A stretch of DNA of 64,000 nt from Octopus vulgaris (taxonomy: Eukaryota): the NCBI GenBank assembly GCA_951406725.2, contig OX597828.1, forward strand, positions 45,322,001 to 45,386,000, in the 5' to 3' direction. Below, in pieces: positions 54,585 to 64,000 of the stretch (position 1 is the first letter of the stretch; the number at the start of each line of letters is the position of its first letter). The notes beneath the pieces are model-generated. The model searched no databases. It was not told the origin of the DNA and saw only the letters and a list, made by a program, of their open reading frames with translations. Both the position numbers and the translations under genes were made by a program.

Positions 54585-54748
54585 GGAGAGGCTGGGTGGT
54601 AAGTAGCTTGCTTACGAATCACATGGTTCCGGGTTCAGTCCCACTGTGTTGCACCTTGGGCAAGTGTCTTCTATTGTAACCTCAAGCCGATCAAAGCCTT
54701 GTGAGTGGATTTGGTAGACGGAAGCTGAAAGAAGCCTGTCGTATATAA

Positions 54749-54788
<40 letters not shown>

Positions 54789-55043
54789 ATATATATATAT
54801 ATGTATATATATATATGTATGTGTGTGTATATGTTTGTGTTTCAGTGTTTGTCTCCTCATATCACTTGACAACCGATGCTGGTGTGTTTATGTCCCCATG
54901 ACTTAGTGGTTCGGCAAAAGAGGCTGATAGAATAAGTACTAGGCTTACAAAGAAATAGGTCCTGGGGTCGATTTGCTCGACTAAAGGAGGTGCTCCAGCA
55001 TGGTCACAGTCAAATGACTGAAACGAGTAAAAGAGTAAAGAGT
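54585..55043 (+). mobile_element. SINE family A, full length
   Basis: Matches family A. Confidence 0.92.
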
Positions 55044-55330
55044 ATCATCATCATTTAACATCCATTCTCGATGCTGGCATGGGTTGGATGGTTCGACAGG
55101 AGCAGCCAGGGAGAAGCCTGCACCAGACTTCTATCTCTGTTTTGGCATGGTTTTTACGGTTGGATGCACTTCCTAACACCAATCACCCACCAGAATGGAC
55201 TAAGTGCTTTTATGTGGCACAAGCACAGATGAGGTCAGTTTTGGCATATTTTTTTTATTGCTGGATGCCCTTCCAAATGCCAACCACTTTACAGTGTGGA
55301 TACTGGATGCTTTTCACATGGTACCAGCAC
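55044..55330 (-). mobile_element. RTE 3' UTR fragment(s)
   Basis: Reverse-complement match to 57460-57812, with the GGATGCCCTTCC..ATGCCAACCACT block duplicated. Confidence 0.8.
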
Positions 55331-56759
55331 TTATATCTGATCATAAAAATATAAGAGATTTTAGACATCAAATAACTATGAGGATCCCTGTCACCCTGGG
55401 TAAAACAGGAATCAAAGGATTCCACAGGCAAAAGATGACCGATAATTGCTGAGTGTCCTTCTGTTTTTGAGGCAGTAAGTGTATATTTTGAAGATTTTGT
55501 TGATATTTCTATAGTTGGAGCAAACCAGGATGTTCCTACATTAGAATTAACATGATATATATTAAAGATTGACGATAAATGAATAATTTGTAAATTAAAA
55601 TATATTGCCATGCTAGCACCAACTGGAAAAACTCAGCGGCAAAAAAAAAAAAGATGAAGAAATAAAGGTAACTTTTGTGGAATTTGAACTCAGAATCAAG
55701 AGATGCAAATCTAAATACTGCAATGCGTTTAGTTTGACACATCTCCAACAAACTTTCAGGTGATTGTAATAATATTGATTCGATTACAGTAAATTTGAGG
55801 CTAGAATTTTGAAGAATGGTCTATGAGAATACAACTGACGCTAAGAATGTAGAAATCTCCATACAGTCATTCAGTCTAATAGAAATAACAGTTAAATCTC
55901 ATTGAAAAGAAGGCTATGACATGTCGGACAATATGATTGTGATGTGTTATGGTTGAATAAACAGAACAGATAATCATGACTAGAATTCTTTTGGTCATAT
56001 CTTGGTTGGTACTTCTGTCAGGGTTTGATCTGTTACTAAACAACAACAATAATAATGAAAACCATCCGATTGTCCAGTGTGACTTTTTCTAAGAATGCTG
56101 GGTGTACGTTTAAGAATATTTGGCTGTTCTTTCTAGCAGATCAGGTGTCCCCATTACAGCTCTCACATTAGCTCAAGAGACTGTGCTTAAAGGGTTGGTC
56201 CTTGAACAAAATCTCTTTCCTGTATGCTCTAAAATATGGATATGGGCTTTCAACAACATCCCTAGTTTGTATGCCCTAAAATACTCTAAAAATATAGATA
56301 TGGTTCTTTAACAAAATCCTTAACATCCATGCCCTAGAGTGCCCTTAAATATAATTATGGGCCTTCAAGAACTTCCAAGTTAGTATACACGACAATCTCC
56401 TGGAAAAACCCCTTAATCAAAGCCTGTTCATTTATTTTTCTTTTATCTCTTTATTTAAGAGTAACATGTTTTCTTGGAGATTTAAGGTCCAATGGACCAA
56501 TTGTAGGGTTAAGGGAGTTTTAAAGGACAAAAGAATGGACAGGGGTTGTTATGTATGGAATGTCTGGAAATATTATTCTATCAGCTGAGTTGATTGGAAA
56601 TGCAGTTTCCAACAGGAAGTTATATGTATAAATTGTAAATGTTTGAATTCCGAAAGCTCTTCGACCATGTATGGTGGGTGCAGGCATCCGATAATGGCAG
56701 AGATGGCGAGAGGGTTAGTGCTCACTTTTGTCAAGCAATAACATCCTTCATACTATAGC

Positions 56760-57000
56760 AGTGAAGCGACATGGCTGAGTGGTTGGAGTGTCGGGCTCAC
56801 AATCACGAGATAGCGAGTATGATTCCCAGACTGGGCTGTGTGTTGTGTTCACGTTGCTCCAGTTCACTGAGCTGTAGAAATGAGTTGCAATGTCACTGGT
56901 GCCAAGCTGTATCAGCATTCACCTTTCCCTTGGATAACATTGCAGAGAGATTGGCATGTGGCATGGATGCAGTAGAGAGATTAGATATGCATAGATGGAC

Positions 57001-57043
<43 letters not shown>

Positions 57044-57250
57044 GTCAAGTGGTTGGCATTAGTGGGGTAGGATTCTAGCTATAGAAAGCTTACCAAAGAA
57101 TATATCAGAGCATTATGCAGTTCTTTGACTAGTCAGACCCTGTCTTCCATAAACAGCTGGTCTTCCATAAACAACCTTGCCTGGGCTTGTGCCCCAGAGA
57201 GTAACTTTCTAGGTGTAACCTCATGGTCATTCATGACCAAAGGGGGTCTT
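56760..57250 (+). mobile_element. SINE head family C (tail as 28322-28689), interrupted at about 56943-57155
   Basis: TGGCTGAGTGG A box; tail resumes at CTGGTCTTCCATAAACAACC. Confidence 0.8.
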
Positions 57251-57459
57251 CACCCTTTTCTTTAATTACAGTAGTAACAGAGTTAAGCATTCTACTGTAC
57301 TGCAGCTTAGTGAAATTCATTTTTATTGAGTACTGTTCTTTTAGAAACCTTATATTTTACGATAGTGAAGTTTTATGGCTGAATGAGAGCAACTTCGCTA
57401 ACTAACAGCTGTTTCTGCACTAAGGTAAGTATTTTGTGACCAGGAAAAAGTATTTTGTG

Positions 57460-57812
57460 ACCAGCGCCCCCTCGACTGGCTTCTGTGTCGGTGGCATGTA
57501 AAAAGCACCATCCGAATCGTGGCCGAAGCCAGTGCCGCCTCGACTGGCTTCCGTGTAGGTGGCACATAAAATGCACCAATCCGACCGTGGCCGATGCCAG
57601 CCTCACCTGGCACCAGTGCAGGTGGCATGTAAAAAACACCCACTACACTCACGGAGTGGTTGGCGTTAGGAAGGGCATCCAGCTGTAGAAACATTGCCAG
57701 AAAAGACCGGGGCCTGGTGCAGCCTTCTGGCTTCCCAGATCCCCGGTCAAACCGTCCAACCCATGCTAGCATGGAGAACGGACGCTAAACGATGATGATG
57801 ATGATGATGATG
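57460..57812 (+). mobile_element. RTE LINE 3' UTR, young copy, (GAT)n tail
   Basis: Three GGTGGCAYRTAAAA-(G/A)CACC hairpin repeats, GGTTGGCGTTAGGAAGGGCATCC, GGACGCTAAAC(GAT)n. Confidence 0.9.
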
Positions 57813-58466
57813 AACAGTACTGGCTCTAACAATTCTAAGCTCTCTCTATTGAAATTAATAAGGTCAAGAGAGCTGAGTTTTCTATACAATAATCTTTGTT
57901 GCTCAAATATGACTGAGCATCAACACTGGTAGGTGAAGCCTTAGCAAGATAGTTTGTTTTATTTGTGAGGTAGGCTGGATGTTGCTCATTAATGCAGTTC
58001 TCCTATCATCAAGCCATTGATGCTTATCAAAGGGAAAGATTTACTGATTTGGGCCAATTGAGAATGGTGCCAGTCTCATTGCAGGAATTACAGTCATAAC
58101 TCAAAGAACAAGAACAGATACCTCATGGTATCTTACCTGACCTGTGTAATAGTTCTTTCAATTGAACTCCCAACCTTTGAATTGTTACTTATTTATCGAG
58201 CCTGAAAGGTTGAGAGGCAAAGCTGACTCCAGAGGGATTTGAACTCAGATTTCAGACTCTCGCTACAAATACCACAAGGTATTCTTTCCAACATCACCAT
58301 TTAATATTCAGCTTGCATACTGACATGGATTGAACAGTTTGACAGGGTCTGACAAGTCAAAGAACTGCATAATGCTCTGATATATTCTTTGGTAAGCTTT
58401 CTATAGCTAGAATCCTACCACACTAATGCCAACCACTTGATTCTATCTATCTATCTACTTATCTAC

Positions 58467-58534
<68 letters not shown>

Positions 58535-58767
58535 TTACCTATCTATCTGTGTAAAATGCACCTGTGCTACATAAATACCACCTAGTAAACTCAATAAAGT
58601 GGTTGGCATTAGGAAGGGCATCCAGCCATAGAAACACCGCCACAACAGACAACTAGAACTGGGGCAGCACTTGATGATGATGATGATGATGATGATGATG
58701 TTGATGTTGATGTTGATGATGATGATGGTGATGATGGTGGTGACGATGATGGTGCTGGTGATGATGA

Positions 58768-59091
<324 letters not shown>

Positions 59092-60351
59092 TGATTGACA
59101 GATTGATATATGGATGGATGGATGGATAAATAAATAGAAATGTATGTAGCAGAATACATGTGTTCACATGTGTGTGCATGTATAAGAGTAACTCTACACA
59201 TGGCCTTTATAAGTTTATATACACATATATGAATGAGTATGTGTGTGTAATGCACATGGCTTTGGATAGGGTGATTTCATGTTTAAATCTCTCAAAGTGT
59301 ATATGTAGTTCTTTTTGTGTCAGACGATATGTATTTAAAGTGTTTCTCCCAATAAAGATACCCGTCATTTAAATGGTTCCAAGTAAGCAATAATAAATCA
59401 GAAGATCATCCAGTTCCAGTTCCAGGAGCATGCTTACTTATAGCAGAAACAACTATAAGGCAATGAATGTGATTACTTAATTCTTGTTTTTGTGTCTTCT
59501 TTTAATTGTTAATACACTCTGGACTGACCTAATGGCTTGCTGTAAAATTTTATTGTGTTTTAAGAACTGGTTATTAGTGGTGCTATGCATAAGTGGAAGC
59601 ATTATATATATATATGTGTGTGTATATACATATATATATATGTGTGTGTGTGTGTGTGTTTGTATATACATGTGTGTGTGCATATACAACAGTATAGTTA
59701 AAAAAACAAATGCATACAAAAATTCAATAAGATATAAAGAAGAGAGTTACAACAATATATATATAAATATATATGTGTGTATATGTATGTGTGTGTATAT
59801 GTATGTGTGTGTATATATACACTCATAAATATAATACCCGCATATATATATAAATATATGTATGTATTTATATTTATATATACGCAAACGTATGCACACA
59901 CAACACCCACAAACTCATTCACATGTTCACATTGACTCTCAGAAAAATCAATTAATCACTTAATCAATCAATCAATCAATAAAAACACATGCTTATATAT
60001 ATATATGTGTGTGTGTGTAGTATAACTATAGAATTCAATAGAACCTAGGCACATCAACACGCAGGATGCCAGAAATGGCTAGGTACATTAACATAACGCT
60101 CACAGTGAAGTAAAACAACCATGAAGGTATCATGTGTTGGTTAGACACTGTAGATATGTAAGTACCAAATCCAATTTAAGCCGCAGATCTGACTCAAAGA
60201 GCTGGTTCTGGGTGCAGCATGGTGAATCATGCGTTATGATATAATTAATTAATGCATCAATAAAATTCAACCAGATCAGCTGTCAAAAATTCTAAACACC
60301 TATTGTTGTATAAATGTATATATATATGTATATGTGTGTATGTATACATGC

Positions 60352-60402
<51 letters not shown>

Positions 60403-60436
60403 CATATATATATGCATATCTCTCTCTTAAGTTATT

Positions 60437-60507
<71 letters not shown>

Positions 60508-60659
60508 TACCTTTTTATATATAATTTTTTTTGATAAGGTTCATCATTTCAAGAACCGAAACATATTAAATAATAATGTATATATAAAAATTAAAAATTT
60601 GTCTAATATAGCAGCATTTTCGAACTTCATTTTTTACAAATATATATATATATATATAT

Positions 60660-60870
60660 TGTTAATCCAAACAAGAAATCAAAAAAAACACAATAACGCA
60701 AGGACGTGGAACAAATATAGTATTATTGGACGCTCAGGAAAGAAGGAAAGAAGGAGGGTTTAACGTTTCGAGCGGAGTTCTTTGTCGGAAACATAGGAGA
60801 AGGAAAGATCCAGAGAAGGGATGACAGAGGAAAAAAAATCACCAACGGTACACACGCGCTCACATTTTGA
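60660..60870 (-). mobile_element. Penelope-like pseudo-LTR with hammerhead motif (60758-60792)
   Basis: Minus strand GTTT CCGACAA a GAAC tcc GCTC GAAAC GTT AAAC; same family as 53575-53782. Confidence 0.65.
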
Positions 60871-61409
60871 ATATATGCATATAATATATTTTATCATCAT
60901 CATCTTCCATCTGTTTCCATGCTGGCATGGAGTAGAATAGTCCAACACAATCCAACAGGTCAGATGATCAAATTTTAGTTCCAGTATCAGCTTTTTACCA
61001 TGGTTTAAAGACTTAGATACCTATCGTAATACCAACCACTTCATGGGACACGTTGGGTGCTTTTTTGAGAGCACCAGAACTGTGGGGGTTTATTGTGTAG
61101 CTTGTAAAACATACGAGGGCATCCCATGCTGGAAAGGAACGGGTTTTATTTTAAAGAGAATGGTAACGGAGAAAATAGAAGAGGGGAAAACATAAAGCAT
61201 CAGGTTGGTTGTGAAGGAGGCAGAAGATAATGATAGGGAGAAGGGATACCAGGGATTAGCGAGAGGAAACTGGAGAAACAAACAGGAACAGGTTGTGTAG
61301 AAGAACACAGACATGGTCTGGACCAGTCTGTCCGATATTCCAGCAAGGGTTGGGTAGTTTATCAGAGTTCAAGACTGTTCTTATTGGAGTTACTGTTAAT
61401 CGTTTCACC

Positions 61410-61974
61410 TTCTTTTTGTCTCAGTCAACAGAATGTGGCCATGGCCATGCTGCAGCACCATCTTGAAGCATTTTTAGTTGAATGAACTGATCCAGTGATA
61501 CTTATTTTTTTTTTCTTTTAAAGCGGTACTTATTCTATCAGTCTCTTAGCCAAACCACTAAGTTACAGGGATGCAAACACACAAACACTGGTTGTCAAGC
61601 AGTGATGAGAAACAAACAGAGTCACACACACGTACACCCCCACACACATAATAATACATACATACATATGTACATACATATACATATATATATGTACATA
61701 TATTACCCTCGATACATGGAGTAGACGAAGCAGAGGCAGCTGAAGAAGGGGAATTTTCCTTGTGTTGTATGTCTTGTACTCTGTTTTTTCATTGTTTAAA
61801 AAAATGTCCGTTTCCTTGGTTTTGTGTTTATGTTGTCGTTTCTCATTTTGTTCGACGTTTTTTCGGTATCCTGTACCCATATATGCATGTATATATACAT
61901 ATATATGTAGGTACGTACATATATGTATGTATATATGCATATGTTTTATTTATTATTTTGTTATTATATATATA

Positions 61975-62006
<32 letters not shown>

Positions 62007-62458
62007 CTTACATATATAGGAAAATGGCTAGGAAAGCCTTCTATTTTCTGCCGAGGTCTTATATGCCTTTTTATTAGACTATTTTCCTAAGTCATTTCAT
62101 GATGATCACCATAAACTTTAAGCTTATATAAAAATACAATTATTATTATTTACAGGATTGTAAATCACAGTGCCATAATAAAAAAAAACATTCGCACTGA
62201 AAGCATATATATATATATATATATATACATAGTCAATAATAATAAAGAGCAAAATTAATTAATTAGTAATTAATAATTTTACCAAGTAGTGTTCAGTATG
62301 TAAAAGGACCATTTACGGGAGTAATGTTTATATATATATATATATCACGTGATCACGTGACTGACCAGTCCATCAGATGTAGTTACACATCGCTGGTCAC
62401 AATGCGTTTGCATTGTTTTAGCCTTTGAATGACGCCACCCCGCTGGCTAAGTGAGCAG

Positions 62459-62500
<42 letters not shown>

Positions 62501-62885
62501 TACATATAAGACAAGGTTTACATAAAGGTCATTACATATTTTTCTTTGTTAGTGTAAATTTGTCTTACAGCTGTTTCCAGTAGCCATTATAGGTATGTTA
62601 TTATTAATAGGTTTACTCAGTTGCCCTATTGATCTATCGATCAGCTGAGGAAAACTGAACGACCTAGAAAAATTAATGATACTTACATCAGAACTATTTC
62701 TGGTTATAGCAAAGCAGAATACTGAAGGAATACAATAGGCTTCTTTCAGTTTCTGTCTACCAATTTCCAATAATAAGGTTTTGGTCGGCCGAAGGCTATA
62801 AGTGGAAGACACTTGCCCAAAGTATCCCACTGTGGGACTGAACCTGGAAACACATGATTAGGAAGCAAATTTCTTACCATACCGG
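61410..62885 (-). mobile_element. Old family-A SINE split in two (3' half 61410-61640, 5' half 62737-62885) by about 1.1 kb of insertions
   Basis: Both halves have the same orientation and the expected order; the interval holds (TA)n-bounded fragments. Confidence 0.6.
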
Positions 62886-63168
62886 TGAGAAAATGAGAAA
62901 TATATCTCAAGGGATTAGGGAATGAGAGAAAGGTTTACAAGTCACGGGAGAGTGATATAACAGCAGCACAGAAGATGAACTGCTATAAACGTGGGGCTGT
63001 GAAATAAGAAAGATTAAATGGAAGTTCATAATAATAGGGGAAAGGGAAAAGTAATAGCATGAGATTGGTTAAGGAGATGGAGTTAACACGATAAAGGTGG
63101 GGAAGAGAGATGGGGAGGAGGAACGTCGAGCAGGGCATCCTCTTCCAAGTAAATTTTATCTATCTATC

Positions 63169-63323
<155 letters not shown>

Positions 63324-63477
63324 ATACGTATATATGTATGTATGTATGTATGAATAAACAGTTATGCAGAGGAAAGATATATATATATCCTCCAGGTATG
63401 GCCTACTGAAATGTAATGACAGGGAGAATATATATACACATGTATATATGTATATATATATATATTTGTGTATATAT

Positions 63478-63527
<50 letters not shown>

Positions 63528-64000
63528 CACATATACATATAGATATATACACACACACACACACACATACACACACATACATATAAGGCGACTTTCTAAT
63601 GAACATTTCAGTAGGAAGGCATGGCAACCATGAGTGCATGATTGGGTGAAGCTGACCACATGTACAGATGTTGGTGGTAGTTGCAAATAGTTGTATATAT
63701 TTGTATGTGTGTATATAGATGTATATATATATTTGTATGTATGTATGTATGTATGTATGTATGTATATATGTATGTATGTCTGTATGTATGTATGTCTGT
63801 CTGTATGTATGTATATGTATATATGTATGTATGTATGTATGCATGTATGCATGTATGTATGTGCGTGTATGTATGTATGTATGAATATACATTTTCATTT
63901 TCAACACAACCACCACCACCACCACCACCATGACCAATCAACAACACCATTACCATAATCATTGTCTTCATTATGCCTCTCGTTATCATTGTTGCCAGTC

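Noticed and set aside
60530-60572. GGTTC..GAACC-GAAAC hammerhead-like hairpin (also half motifs at 41862, 44310, 61738)
   Set aside because: The CTGANGA box or the GAAA box is missing, so they were not counted.

Overview
AT-rich eukaryotic non-coding DNA, very likely from an octopod cephalopod (Octopus-like). This is inferred from the extreme microsatellite load and the recurring tRNA-derived SINE families; it is recalled from memory, not database-verified. No host protein-coding gene can be confirmed. Almost all ORFs in the track are translations of (TA)n, (CA)n, (TATC)n, (CAT)n, (TAA)n and (GAA)n repeats. The recognisable coding sequence is all transposon-derived: a 5'-truncated, nearly intact CR1-group LINE ORF2 (31660-34410), C-terminal fragments of two RTE-clade LINEs, an R4/Dong-type LINE, a second CR1, and a Tc1/mariner transposase remnant. 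The window also has more than 40 SINE copies from four head families, hAT and TTAA-type MITEs, a non-autonomous Helitron, nested insertions, minisatellites and local duplications. Three observations stand out. (1) About nine minimal type-I hammerhead-ribozyme motifs of the Penelope pseudo-LTR kind, from at least six unrelated sequence families. (2) An apparent tRNA-headed (Pol III) element with a hammerhead in its 3' half, split by a (TAA)n-targeted insertion. (3) A SINE/LINE pair whose shared 3' tail stem-loop covaries, plus head-by-tail shuffling among SINEs.
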